A DNA stretch of 64,000 bases, from positions 13,578,001 through 13,642,000 of the forward strand of contig OX597827.1 in the NCBI GenBank assembly GCA_951406725.2. Direction: 5' to 3'. How positions within the stretch are numbered: the stretch's first letter is position 1; every line of letters begins with the position of its first letter. The DNA comes from Octopus vulgaris. Lineage: Eukaryota. Made by a program: the position numbers and the translations under genes. Below the pieces are notes generated by a model. It was given only the letters and a program-made list of their open reading frames with translations, was not told the DNA's origin and searched no databases. Shown here in pieces: positions 27,466-42,859 of the stretch.

Positions 27466-28021
27466 GGTGGTGGTGGTGGTGGTAGTGGTGATGATGTAAT
27501 GGTTTGATGTATCACCAATTTGAAACATGTTTGAAACACATTCTGAAACGTTCTGATAAATAATTTCTAAACCAAGAATGCGAATTAAGGATTTTGAATT
27601 TGTTGATCTTATTTTTTTTTCTACCCCACCTTAACCCTGCTCAACCAATTCTATGATGAAAGCTGTTTCAGCAGGGACCATTTTATTCAATCATTTCCCA
27701 AACACTGTATATTTAAAAGCTTACGTTCTTTATTTCCTTACAGTATTCAGAGAGACGCTGTTATCTGACAGCCGCATTTAAACTTTCTATGTGCTGACTT
27801 GCCAATTTCAGTTACATGCAAAAGATGAGATATGTGATGTAGTTTTGGTAACATGTCATGAATTTTAATTTCTGAGCATGAGGGGCCTGTGAAGCTTGAA
27901 GTGTCTTGAGCCTCACCAAGGTTTAAGTTCAGCTCTCCCTATAGTAGAGAGACACTTGCTCAAGATTCCCATACTGTCACTGAACCCAAAACTACATTGT
28001 TACTCTCTGTGGCTTAACAGT

Positions 28022-28053
<32 letters not shown>

Positions 28054-28764
28054 GTGCACACACACACACATGCACATACTTATATATTCAGCAGTATCGG
28101 TACCAGGCAGTGTTTAGGCATAAGTGAACTTTGGATTAGTTAAAATATGTTTGTGGCATATTTCAACTTCTAACGGCTAATTCACTTTAGTTACTGTGGA
28201 GAAAATACATCATATCTGCCCAGTGCTGCTCTGCGTTAGATTCCCAGATGATTTTCTAGCTCTTTAGCCATTATCAACAGGAAATGCTGATGGGAGGTAA
28301 CTTTGGGCAGATTTCAAAACCATAGCTTTCACTAAAACAGTCATCAACATTGACAGTAATGCTATGGGACTGCCAGGTTGGAAGAAATTCAGCAGTTCAG
28401 TACCAAGCAGTGTTTAGACTTATGTAAACTTTTAAGTGAGTTAAAATATGTTTGTGATTTTTAAAGCTACAAAATTTCAGACCTTGGACGTATAGTAGAA
28501 AGAATTATTATATGTACTTGAAGTGAAACTTGCAGTGTTCATTTAGTGACACAGTTAGAATGTGTGCCACCTGAGTGTAGCCCCTTAAGTTTGACCCCTG
28601 CTCCACTCCCCAGACCTGCTGCAACCCACAAACCTATACAGACTTATTCAGCAGACCAAGAAATGCTGTCCCTATAAAAGTATAACCCAGGAGAGACCCT
28701 ACCACCACCACCACCACCTCACTCCTTCTGTAGCTATGCTACTGTGTCAATTCTTAACTAGCAT

Positions 28765-29295
28765 TCCATTGGTTACGAAGACAAGGGTTCCGGTCGATCC
28801 AATCAACAGAACAGCCTGCTCATGAAATTAATGTGCAAGTGGTTCAGCACACCACAGATGCATGTAGCCTTAATGTAGTTGTCAGGAAGATTCAGTATTA
28901 CACAGAATGTGACTAGAGTGGCCCTTTGAAATCTTTTTTCCCAGCTGAATGAACTGGAACAACATGAAATAAAGTGTCTTGCTCAAGGACACAACACACC
29001 ACCAGGATTCAAATTCATGACCTTATGACCATTAGCTGAATACCCTAACCAATTTCTTTACTACACAGAGAGGACAAACAAGGACAGACAAACGGATCAA
29101 GTCAATTATATCGATCCCAGTGCATAACTGGTACTTAATTTATCAACCCCCAAAAGGATGAAAGGCAAAGTCGACCTCAGCGAAATTTGAACTCAGAACA
29201 TAACGGTAGATGAAATACGGCTACGCATTTCGCCTGGCGTGCTAACGTTTCTGCCAGCTTGTCACCTTGAATACCCTAACCATTAAGGCACATGC
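28765..29295 (-). mobile_element. Old tRNA/CORE SINE (head B, tail X) containing a nested Meta-type SINE
   Basis: CORE-like gtgtccttgagcaagacactt and the tail shared with 23374-23757; interrupted at 29052-29267. Confidence 0.75.
29052..29267 (-). mobile_element. Meta-domain-type SINE, full length
   Basis: 15-bp TSD tgaataccctaacca at 29037-29051 and 29268-29282; Meta-like core. Confidence 0.9.
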
Positions 29296-29924
29296 ATTAA
29301 GCACTTGACTGAAATAAGTATGAGAGGTTGATGACATCAACTGAAGCCTTTTGAAGTCAGTGCTCCAGTATGACCACAATCTACTGTCTGAAAACAATAA
29401 AAAGAACATGTATGGTGCAGTTTCACACAGTTCTGTCTACTAAATTTCATTCATAGTATTTTAATCAACCAATTTCGTCGATGGTAGCAGACACATGTCT
29501 AAGGATACCTTTAGTTAAATTGAACCCTGAGCTATATATTTATGAAGTAAACATCATCATAAACCATACAGCCATACCTGCTCACAGACTATCTCAGTGA
29601 AATGGTAGAATCGTTAGCCCAGCAGACTGATGATCCAACCATCTGCTATCAACCATCAACCATCAACCATCTGTTATCCTGCATAAAGTAAAGTGTTCTT
29701 ACTCAAGAACACAACACTACTGGGAATTGAACTCATGATCTTATAATCGTAAGCTGAATGTCTTAATCACTAAGGCACATGCCTTAAGCACCAGACTAAA
29801 ATATATACTAGTGGTTGATGTGGTCAACTGAAACCTTCCAAAGCTGGCCACAACCTACTGATTGAAAGTAATAAAAGTACATATAGGGTGGAGCTTATCA
29901 CAGATTTGTCTACCAAATTGAACT

Positions 29925-30438
29925 CATCCTCATCATCATCATCATCGTTTAACGTCTGCTTTCCATGCTAGCATGGGTTGGACGATTTTGACTGAGGGCT
30001 GGCAAACCAGATGGCTGCACCAGGCTCCAATCTTGATCTGGCAGAGTTTCTACAGCTGGATGCCCTTCCTAACGCCAACCACTCCGAGAGTGTAGTGGGT
30101 GCTTTTTACATGCCACCGGCACGGGGGCCAGTCAGGTGGTACTGGCAATGACCTCGCTCGAATCTTTTTACACGTGCCAGTGAAGCGACGTTGGTAACGA
30201 TCACGCTCAAATGGTGCCCTTTTACGTGTCATGGGTACGGAAGCCAGTTGGCTGCTCTGGCAACGATCACGCTCGGATGGTGTTCTTGGCAACCTACTAG
30301 CACAGACATAAGTGCCAGTAAGGCGACACTGGTAACGATCATACTCGAATAGCCGCTCTGTCAACAATCACACTCATATGGTGCCCTTTGCACCCCGCTA
30401 GCACGGATGCCAGTCATCGAATTGATTTTGATTTTGAT
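29925..30438 (-). mobile_element. RTE 3' UTR copy with structured units
   Basis: Reverse complement matches 720-1207 including the (GAT)n tail. Confidence 0.85.
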
Positions 30439-30545
30439 ATTGACTCATGAACTTAAAATTATGAACCAAATACCCTGACCACTAAACCACGTACTTTCTC
30501 TATAAGTGTGTGTCTATGAGTATGTATATGTGTACAGGCCATATC

Positions 30546-30672
30546 AGGACAATTACCCTCACTTGGTTAATTACCCCCTCTCCAATATATTAAGAAGTTT
30601 TAAATCATCATCTGTTGTCCTCGTGGGAAATTATCCTTGGGGGTTATTATCCATGGTGGGGTAAATGTCCTA
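30546..30672. mobile_element. Small MITE-like remnant
   Basis: aggacaattaccc ... gggtaaatgtcct terminal inverted repeats with internal subrepeats. Confidence 0.45.
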
Positions 30673-30677
30673 GACTC

Positions 30678-31210
30678 GTGGAGGTTCGTGGCTTAGTGTT
30701 TAGTGTGTAAGGCTCATGGTTGTAAGATTGTGGATTCAGTTCCTGGACAAGATGATGCAAAAAAACCTCATTTCACATTGCTCCGGTCCACTCAGTAGGC
30801 AAAAATTAGTAATCCTGTGACAGACCAGTGTCCCATCCAGGTGGAGATTTTATATGCCATGAAACCAGAAAACTGGCCCTTATGAGTCAACAGGACTTGA
30901 GAAGATAACTTTACCTTTACTATAAGTATGTGTCCATAAGTATGTATGTGTGTAGAGGCGTGAGGCTTGGTGGTTAGGGTGTAAGACTCATGGTCGTAAG
31001 ATTGTGGTTTCGATTCCTGGACAAGATGATGCATTGTGTTCTTGAGCAAAACACTTCATGTCATGTTGCTCCAGTCCACTCAGCTGGCAAAAATGAGTTA
31101 CCCTGCAATGGACTGGTATCCTGTCCAGGTTGAGTAGATATTCACTAAGAAAACCAGGAAACCAGCCCTTATGAGTCAGTACAACTCGAGGAGATAACTT
31201 TACCTTTACT
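30678..31210 (+). mobile_element. Two tandem tRNA/CORE+V-type SINEs (30678-30920, 30953-31210)
   Basis: tRNA-like head, ttgtgttcttgagcaaaacactt CORE-like segment, cctgcaatggactggtatcctgtccagg V-like segment, actttacctttac tail. Confidence 0.8.
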
Positions 31211-31223
31211 ATAAGTATGTGTC

Positions 31224-31427
31224 TCTCTTTACTCTTTTACTCTTTTACTTGTTTCAGTCATTTGACTGCGGCCATGCTGGAGCACCGCCTTTTAGTGGAG
31301 CAAATCAACTCCGGGACTTATTCTTTGTAAGCCCAGTACTTGTTCTATCAGTCTCTTTTGCCGAACCGCTAAGTGACGGTGACGTAAACACACCAGCATC
31401 GGTTGTCAAGCAATGCTAGGGGGACAA

Positions 31428-31458
<31 letters not shown>

Positions 31459-31621
31459 CGACAGGCTTCTTTCAGTTTCCGTCTACCAAATCCACTCACA
31501 AGGCATTGGTCGGCCCGGGGCTATAGCAGAAGACACTTGCCCAAGATGCCACACAATGGGACTAAACCCGGAACCATGTGGTTGGTTAGCAAGCTACTTA
31601 CCACACAGCCACTCCTGCGCC
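31224..31621 (-). mobile_element. Major CORE-type SINE, full length
   Basis: Family consensus. Confidence 0.95.
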
Positions 31622-32109
31622 TATGTCTATCCACATTTATACATTTATGCAACCACAACAGTATGGGTGTGTAGCGTTTATTATAAATTTTGAACTACTG
31701 GACTTTGAAAAATCTCTTCCTACATACTTATGCCCCACCCAGCATGCACTTGGAAATTCGAGTCAACAGCAGTGTTTTGACGCCTGGTGGTTATTATTTC
31801 GGTCATCTGAGATCATTGATAATAACCTTTGAGAAAGAGATGAACACCACATAATCCATCTTTTATTTCTTTATATAAATCCATGGCCTTGTAACAGTGT
31901 TTAAAGCCAAGTTGAGTATTTTATTTACGGTTGGTTGGAGAAATATCTGGAAAAAAAAAACTGCTATTGAAATCAATAATAGTAGATAGATAGGGAGAGA
32001 GAAAGGAGGGAGAGAGAAAGAGATAGAGGAGGGAGAGAGAAAAATACTTATCATTTCTGTTATTAATGTTCAACAACAGCTATAATGATGGTGACAATAG
32101 AGATTGTGA

Positions 32110-34920
<2,811 letters not shown>

Positions 34921-35334
34921 TAACACCTCTGTCATCATTGTTTTAATATCCTCGTTTCCATGGTCACGTGGGAGAGGCTGAATTCATTCAGGCAGATTTT
35001 TCAACAGCTCGATGCCCTTCCTGTCACCAATCCTCTCCTCGTTTGTTTCCAAGTAAAGTAATGCTCCCACATGGCCAGACATGTTTTCATAGCAGATTGG
35101 AAATAAAAGGAAAGTGCTTGCGTGCCTCTCTGGCACTTGGTTTCAACTATCATACGATGTCAAGGATATATTTCATTAGATATAATATCCTTAATTATAT
35201 TCTACATTCGTTAATTTCATGCTTCTGTAACTATGTCATTATGTATGAAACTTACAACTTGCACACAGACACACACACACACACATAAATATATACACAG
35301 ACACACACACACACACACATAAATATATACACAG

Positions 35335-35367
<33 letters not shown>

Positions 35368-35397
35368 TATACACAGATGCACATACACACATACACA

Positions 35398-35620
35398 TGT
35401 TAGTTAGTTAGTTAGTTAATTTTTTGGCTCAAAAAGCAAAAAGCAAGGCCATGTAGGGGCACATGGAGTTATGTACAGGGTGGTGTTCATGTAAAGAGTT
35501 CAGGACACTTGTGGTCAAGGGAGACTTTGAACCGAGCGGTCGTCGGCATCTTCACTATCTCGTCCCGCAGCTTATTCCACGGATCCGCAACCCGGACGGA
35601 GAAAGCCCCTCTCCTTCGAG
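35398..35620 (-). mobile_element. CR1-type LINE 3' end with (TAAC)n tail
   Basis: Minus translation RRRGAFSVRVADPWNKLRDEIVKMPTTARFKVSLD; (gtta)n at 35398-35420. Confidence 0.8.
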
Positions 35621-35847
35621 AGGGCTTCTTATAATTTTCATCTACTAAATCCACTCATAAGGCTTTGGTCAGTCCAGGGACATAAAAGAAGATAGTTAAA
35701 AGACAGGATATTCTCAGTAGGGATGCTTCTAATTGTAAGTCTGCATCTGAGGTATAATCAGATTCTAAAGTTAGTGGGAGCAAGCACATAAAAACAAAGG
35801 TGCTGTGATATACTAAACAATTTTTAACGCATTTCTCTTATAATACA

Positions 35848-36348
35848 ATGTAAAGTATACTAGCCATCTCACTATGGCTAACCACTAAGGGTGGGTGTTA
35901 CTGTAGCTTTTAGCCCCAGGAGATCATCGTCTCCAGCTGGCTTTAGGCACACTTTCTGTGCCCTTATGGTATTTGCAAAGGGAGGTCATCCCTCTCTTGT
36001 CAACCTGAGTGATACGCATGGACTGCAGTTTCTAGATATTTGCCTGTCTTCGGCATACGGCAATCACCGGTTTTCGAACGCCATACGCCGAAGACAGGCA
36101 AATACCTAGAAATTGCAGTCCGTGCGTATCACTTAGGTTTACGAGAGAGGGATGACTTCCCTTTGCAAAGGGAGGTCATACCATAAGGCCACAGAAAGTG
36201 TGCCCAAAGCCAGCTGGAGACGATGATCTCCTGGGGCTAAAAGCTACAGTAACACCCACCCTTAGTGGTTAGCCATAGTGAGATGGCTAGTATACTTTAC
36301 GTTGTCGAGCAGTTACTGTTTACATCTCGTTCAGATATTTATTATTGT
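35848..36348. mobile_element. Palindromic Penelope-like/retrozyme-type element (divergent inverted pair)
   Basis: Outer 95 bp are a perfect inverted repeat (35850-35944 / 36206-36300); right arm has an unpaired tail; 12-bp direct repeat tcttataataca at 35836-35847 and 36349-36360; hammerhead-like motif in each arm. Confidence 0.75.
36015..36059 (-). ncRNA. Variant minimal type I hammerhead-like motif (second copy on + at 36082-36126)
   Basis: cgtatg-CCGAAGA-caggcaaatatcta-GAAA-ctgcag-TC-catgcg: 6-bp stem I, palindromic stem III, GUC site; U4 is C and stem II is weak. Confidence 0.6.
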
Positions 36349-36446
36349 TCTTATAATACAGTTCTATATTTAAGAGATGAGGAATTATGAACATTATTTA
36401 CACTATTTACATTTCACGGATATTTGTCCTCGTCTTGTTTGTTGTT

Positions 36447-36492
36447 AACACAACGTTTCGGCTGATATACCCTCCAGCCTTCATCAGGTGTC
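36447..36492 (-). ncRNA. Minimal type I hammerhead ribozyme, intact core
   Basis: gacac-CTGATGA-a-ggctg-gagggtatat-cagcc-GAAA-cg-TT-gtgtt; stem III is the ACGU palindrome typical of dimer-acting Penelope hammerheads. Confidence 0.85.
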
Positions 36493-36675
36493 TTAGGGAA
36501 ATTTCGAACTTGGGATCTCATTCATAAGGTATTTTTTGATGTTATTATTGTTATTATTAAGGTCACTGCCTGGAATCGAACTAGGAATCTTGGGGTTTGT
36601 AGCCCACTATGCCATATGAGCTAATAATTTGGTACGAGTTCGATTCCAGGCAGTGACCTTAAGAATAATGATAAC

Positions 36676-36734
<59 letters not shown>

Positions 36735-36861
36735 TAATAATAATAATAATAATAATAGTAATAATAATAATAATAACAATAATAATAATAGTAATAATAA
36801 TAATAATAAAAACATCGAAAAATACCTTAAGAACGAGAACCCAGGATCAAAATTTCCCCAA

Positions 36862-36907
36862 GACACCTGATGAAAGCTGGAGAGTATATCAGCTGCAACA
36901 TTGCGTT
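36862..36907 (+). ncRNA. Inactivated partner hammerhead
   Basis: gacac-CTGATGA-a-agctg..cagct-GCAA-cattgcgtt; stem II covaries with the minus copy but GAAA is GCAA. Confidence 0.65.
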
Positions 36908-36939
36908 AGCAACAAACAAGATGAGGGCAAATATCCGTC

Positions 36940-37340
36940 CAGGAGTGGTTGTGTGGTAAGTAGCTTGCTAACCAACCACATGGTTCCGGGTTCAGTCCCA
37001 CTGCGTGGCATCTTGGGCAAGTGTCTTCTGCTATAGCCTCGGGCCGACCAAAGCCTTGTGAGTGGATTTGGTAGACGAAAACTGAAAGAAGCCCGTCGTA
37101 TATATGTGTATATATATATATATGCGTGGGTGTGTTTGTGTGAGTGTGTTTGTCCCCCTAGCATTGCTTGACAACCGATGCTGGTGTGTTTATGTCCCTG
37201 TTACTTAGCGGTCTGGCAAAAGAGACTGATAGAATAAGTACTGGGCTTAGAAAAGAATAAGTCCCGGGATCGAGTTGCTCGATTAAAGGCGGTGCTCCAG
37301 CATGGCCGCAGTCAAATGACTGAAACAAGTAAAAAAAAAA
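36940..37340 (+). mobile_element. Major CORE-type SINE inserted into the right arm of the hammerhead element
   Basis: Family consensus; host tail resumes at 37341. Confidence 0.92.
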
Positions 37341-37944
37341 TATATATAAATAATGTTCATTTCTCTTATATTACACAAAATATTTCATTAGATATAATAT
37401 CCTTAATTGTTTTCTACATTCGTTAATTTCATGCTTCTGTAACTATGTCATTATGTATGAAACTTACAACTATTGATATAAGTATGTTAGGAAAAAAGAT
37501 GAAATTCCACTGGATTGCCAAGTGCTGAGAGGTTATGATGTCAGGGTTTGTTTTGACTCTTTAGATATCGGTGGCCACCAGCACATTACAAGAGATTGAG
37601 CAAGCAGACAGTTCAAAAACACAGTAGGTCAACCAAGACTCCAGAAAGTTCTTTCAAGACCATGCAATTAACATTAAAAAAAAAACCAAAAAAAAAAAAA
37701 AACCAGAGGTTCAATTTTTATTGTGCAAGTGAACTTCGGAATTAAAACCAAAAATTGTTGGAAAGGTTTCAATTCTGAAAAACATGCTTGGGGTCACTCT
37801 CCTTGCTTCGCTCCCTCAATAGCTAACATTACTAGTTTTCCCACTTGAAACTGACCAGGAGATAAGTAACAAAAATGACCATCAAAATGAACTAATAATT
37901 TTGGTATGATTTTGTAATTTTTCTGACTGCACAGTTTGTTCTTG

Positions 37945-38425
37945 TCACTATTGTTATTGTTGTTGTCGTTGTTATTGTTGTTGCTGTTGTTGTTATCGTT
38001 GTTGTTGTTGTTGTTGTTGTTGTTGTTATTGTCGTTGTTGTTGTCAATGTTGAGCCCTAGATCATCCTTAATCATGCAGATCTCCAATCAAAAGTATTCT
38101 AAATGTGACAAACCGTTCTCTTTCCTATGTGCAGAGAACCCAGCACCGCATTATTGCCCGATCAGGTACCATTAAACAGTCGTTGCTGTTGTTGTTCTTG
38201 TTGTAGTGGTGATGGTGGTCGTGGTGGTCGTGGTGGTGGTGGTGGTTGTTGTTGATGTTGCTGTTGTTCTTTTTGTTGTGGTTGTTGGTGTTGCTGTTGA
38301 TGTTGTTGTTGTTGTTGCTGCTGTGGTTGTGGCTGTTGCGATTATTGTTGTGACTGTTGTTGTTTAGGTTGTTCTTGTTCTTGTTCTGATTGCCGTACTG
38401 GTTGTTCTTGTTGTTGTTGTTGTTT
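37945..38425. repeat. Degenerate (GTT)n/(GGT)n tracts
   Basis: Direct inspection. Confidence 0.85.
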
Positions 38426-39088
38426 TGGCTTTTGTCGCAGGTGAGCTTCTATCGATTGTTGTTATTGCTTATTCCCAGGTGAAACCCATATCCTTCTACA
38501 TAAACCTGACCATCGTCAAAACATCTTAACCAACAGACACATCACAGGAATCGGAGAGAGTGCGAATCATCAATCCCTTAAAACCTTATTCCATAATACT
38601 CTAATAACTTGACCGTCCATTCTGGCTGAATTACGATAACAGGGATTTAATCCTAAGTAAATAGTCATTAATTTCACCTTAAAGGCCTATGTGTTTCCGC
38701 TATTCCCATTGTGTTCCAGTAATTTTACATGTTAATAATCCATTGATTAACATATATATATATATCATTTGTAGCAAACAAAATCAGATTTAAATATAGG
38801 ATTATATATATATATATACACACACATAGATATATATATATGTATATGTATGTATATATATATATATATATATACATACACACATATATATATACACACA
38901 CATACATATATATATATGCATAAATATATGTATATGTATATATTGCATGCATTATTTTATCTTAGCATTTACTCAAATATTCCATTCCACAGACACACAA
39001 GTCATTTTCGTCCTATACACCATGTCAGAAACTTCAAACATATTGAAATATATATAATGACAATATAATCCCTCACTCACTCTGTTTC

Positions 39089-39146
<58 letters not shown>

Positions 39147-39552
39147 CCACTGTCTTTGCCTTCTCCTCGCACTCTCTTTATGCACATGCTATATGCATAT
39201 AATGCTGTTGTGTCCGCAAATAAGAGTCTTGAATCTCTGCTACTCTCATAGATATAGTAAAGCTATATCCTTTATATGGAATATATCCATCTACCCATGA
39301 TTTTTGTCTATCTAATTATCACTCTGCCTGTTTATGTCATTTTTAACATTCTACTTTTGCACACAAAAAATGCACACACACACACAAACATATATATATA
39401 TATTCACAACGACCTCGAACCCACAAGTGTGAACAAGAGAGACAGAGAAAGGCAGAAACAAGGAAAATGCCACTTATATTTGAACACTATACAAATATTC
39501 CTTTAAAAAAACATTTCTTTTAATTTTTCTAAATTGAATTATTTAATCGTTA

Positions 39553-39590
39553 CAGTTGAAAAGGTCTCAAAATGACTGAAACCGGTACTG
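39553..39590 (+). ncRNA. Degenerate Penelope-type hammerhead in a (TA)n-flanked element (~39400-39677)
   Basis: cagt-TGAAAA-ggtc-tcaaaat-gact-GAAA-ccgg-TA-ctg; core damaged, palindromic stem III intact. Confidence 0.5.
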
Positions 39591-39674
39591 AAATGTTCTT
39601 TATAAAATTATTTTAGCATTTTCTATTTTGACTTATTTTTTCACATATATATCAACTCGTGTGTTCCTTTTCAT

Positions 39675-39723
<49 letters not shown>

Positions 39724-39859
39724 TGTTGTGTCTGGGGGAGAGTCATTTTCTTTTTGTGCCTTATAATTTAACACACTCACTGGTAAAATTTCCACTTATT
39801 TCTTATTTTTATTTTCCTAAAATTTTTGTTACCTCTTGCAACCTTTTCAATAGTCTTGA

Positions 39860-39914
39860 CTTATATATATATATATGAGGAGAGAGAGAGGTGTGTATGT
39901 ATGTATATATGTAA

Positions 39915-39973
<59 letters not shown>

Positions 39974-40014
39974 TATATTTATAAATATATATATGTGTGT
40001 GTGTGTATATATTT

Positions 40015-40058
<44 letters not shown>

Positions 40059-40084
40059 TATATGTATGTGTGTGTATATATATA

Positions 40085-40127
<43 letters not shown>

Positions 40128-40140
40128 ATATATATGTATG

Positions 40141-40174
<34 letters not shown>

Positions 40175-40206
40175 TACATATATATATGTATATATATGTA
40201 TGTATG

Positions 40207-40238
<32 letters not shown>

Positions 40239-40309
40239 TATATATATATACACACAAATACATATATATATATATGCATAAATATATGTATATATTGCAT
40301 GCATGTGTA

Positions 40310-40353
<44 letters not shown>

Positions 40354-40760
40354 ACATATCTGTATGTGTTGCTAGCTAGTTAGGCATCATCTATATCTAG
40401 AGATAGTAAAATAATCAGATCGGTCGCTGTGGAAGCTGATAAAACCGAAATTCCTTACACAGGAAACCTAGATGCAGAACCAGCCAACCACCATCACCGC
40501 CACCACCACCACCACCATCACCACCACCAGCCATCACCACCACCACCACCACAACCACCACCACCACCACAACCACCAGCCATCACCACCACCACCACCA
40601 CCACCACCACCACCACAACCACCAGCCATCACCACCACCACCACAACCACCAGCCATCACCAGCCAACCACCACCACCGCCACCATCACCATCACCATCA
40701 CCACTATCACTACCACTATCACCATCACTACTACCATCACTCTCACCACCACCACTATCA
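39860..40760. repeat. (TA)n/(TG)n and (CAC)n microsatellites
   Basis: Direct inspection. Confidence 0.9.
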
Positions 40761-41782
40761 CTAACGACCCCCGCCACTCCTTTACCCTTTCCGAGGCCAA
40801 TGACATGAAAGTGCAAGGGCCATAGATACAAGCAAGGATTGAAATCTATCTTTTCTCTCTGTAATGTTAATTAAGCTATATTTTCATGATTGGATATTGG
40901 TAATTAAATACTAATAAAAGTGTCTTTTGGGAGTGTAAGTTAAGGTATAACGATAAAAATCATTATTCAGCCGAAATAGTTCTGATAAAATCATTGCCTT
41001 AAAGTAACATCAAACAGAGAGAGTAAAGATATCAAAAGTCAGAGGAATATATCAAATATAGATTTATTTGCAGGGAACAGATCACAAAATTATTTAAGAT
41101 AAACAACTCTCTGATAGCAATAAAACCAGACTTTGGATCGTTAATATAACAGATATCACTAAATGCTATACAGCTATTTTTTTTATTTATTTTGTTATTC
41201 ACATTTTTTTTTTATAGCTTTGAGATATAAAATGTATAACTCTGGTAAGAGAAATAAAAATATCTAACTATAAATTCACTTCATTAAAGACTTAGATTTA
41301 TAAGATTTAACAAGGTATTAGACACAAGGATGACTACAGAATGGTGAAGTGTGGTCCGTATTTTGTGTAAAAATATCACTGCCATATTTTAACGACCGAA
41401 GGAAGGGCATGAACATCACACAGTCTTACGGTACCCCTTTAATAAATCCAAGGTCTTAAGCTTAAAGGGAAATCTGTAATCATATAACACTGATAGATTG
41501 TTAATAGACATATATTTTTTTTTGCTTGAATATGATTACATCTGTTATTTTATCTGATTAACGAATGCCAAGTTGAATGAAAGACAGAGTTTCAATTCTT
41601 AGCTTCTGCCAGTTCTTTACCTCGCGTTTACATGGCTAATGGCTATGGGAAAGTCATAAATCACAATCAAACTTGCAATTTGCCTACTTCAGAAATTCAG
41701 TTTATATTGCATTTTATCATACATCAAATGCATATATATCTGTGTGTGTGTGTGTTCGTGTGAGTGTTTGTATATATGTATC

Positions 41783-41885
<103 letters not shown>

Positions 41886-42125
41886 TCATCATCATCGTTT
41901 AACATCCATCTTCCATGCATGCATGGGTTGAACCTAAATGTGTATGTGTGTATGTGTGTGTGTGTGTCTGTGTGTGTATATGTATATGTATATATGTGTA
42001 TGTATATATATGTATATATACATATATATAATATATGTATATATATATATATATATATACATATATATAATATATGTATATATACATATATATAATATAT
42101 GTATATATATACATATTATATATTA

Positions 42126-42163
<38 letters not shown>

Positions 42164-42167
42164 TATA

Positions 42168-42208
<41 letters not shown>

Positions 42209-42454
42209 TTATATGGATGTGTGTGTATGTATGCATACATGTATGTACGTAAGTGTATATGTATGTGTGATCAACTTTCCCATTGGTATTGGTGTATGAG
42301 CAACCAGATGTTTCATGAGCTGAGCAACAGTCATTGAATCAAGGAGCAAAGTTGCTGAGTCTTCCACAAACACATGTACCTTTGACGTGATTCTTGCACT
42401 GAATCATCAGGACAACTCCACGTGACGTGTCATGCCTTCAACACCTTTGCTATA

Positions 42455-42756
42455 TATAACACCTCACCAACAACAACACTGAACACCTTTTTGATCTCCA
42501 TGTGTCTAACACACGTGGACATGCCTACAAAGTCAGAAAACAGCACAGCTCCCATGACTTTCGGAAACATTTTTTCACGATCAGTGTTGCTGAAGCATGG
42601 AATAAACTGCCTGCATCAGTTGTTGACTGCCATGACACAGCATCCTTTAAGGCCCTCATGCTTTCCGAAATCCGCCGAAACTACACCTGATTATATATAC
42701 ACTTTTGATGAGTTGTAGTGCACCTGAGCACTGTACACAATTATTATTATTATTAT
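42455..42756 (+). mobile_element. CR1-type LINE 3' end
   Basis: SNTRGHAYKVRKQHSSHDFRKHFFTISVAEAWNKLPASVV..SFKA; (TTA)n tail; sister copy at 56600-56928 on minus. Confidence 0.9.
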
Positions 42757-42859
42757 ATGCAGAACAACATTGAGATTTGAAACAGCTTGGATGCTAATTC
42801 TAGCCTGTCAGACAACAGCATAGAAACTCCCTCAAATAATCTATGATGTGTTGATGCTA

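Larger units (their letters stand above)
36361..37360. mobile_element. tRNA-headed, hammerhead-tailed element as a divergent inverted pair (- 36361-36618; + 36635-36939 and 37341-37360)
   Basis: Minus copy: box A tggcatagtgg, box B agttcgattcc, (AAT)n, hammerhead, AT-rich tail; plus copy starts at box B and is split by a SINE. Confidence 0.8.

Noticed and set aside
36206-36300. HDV-like or twister fold in the outer arm of the palindrome
   Set aside because: Some stems can be drawn, but L3, P1.1 and the twister consensus nucleotides do not match
40860-41720. Repeat-free islands (also 22320-22800, 38460-38720) as exons or regulatory elements
   Set aside because: No ORF or recognisable motif set; conservation data would be needed
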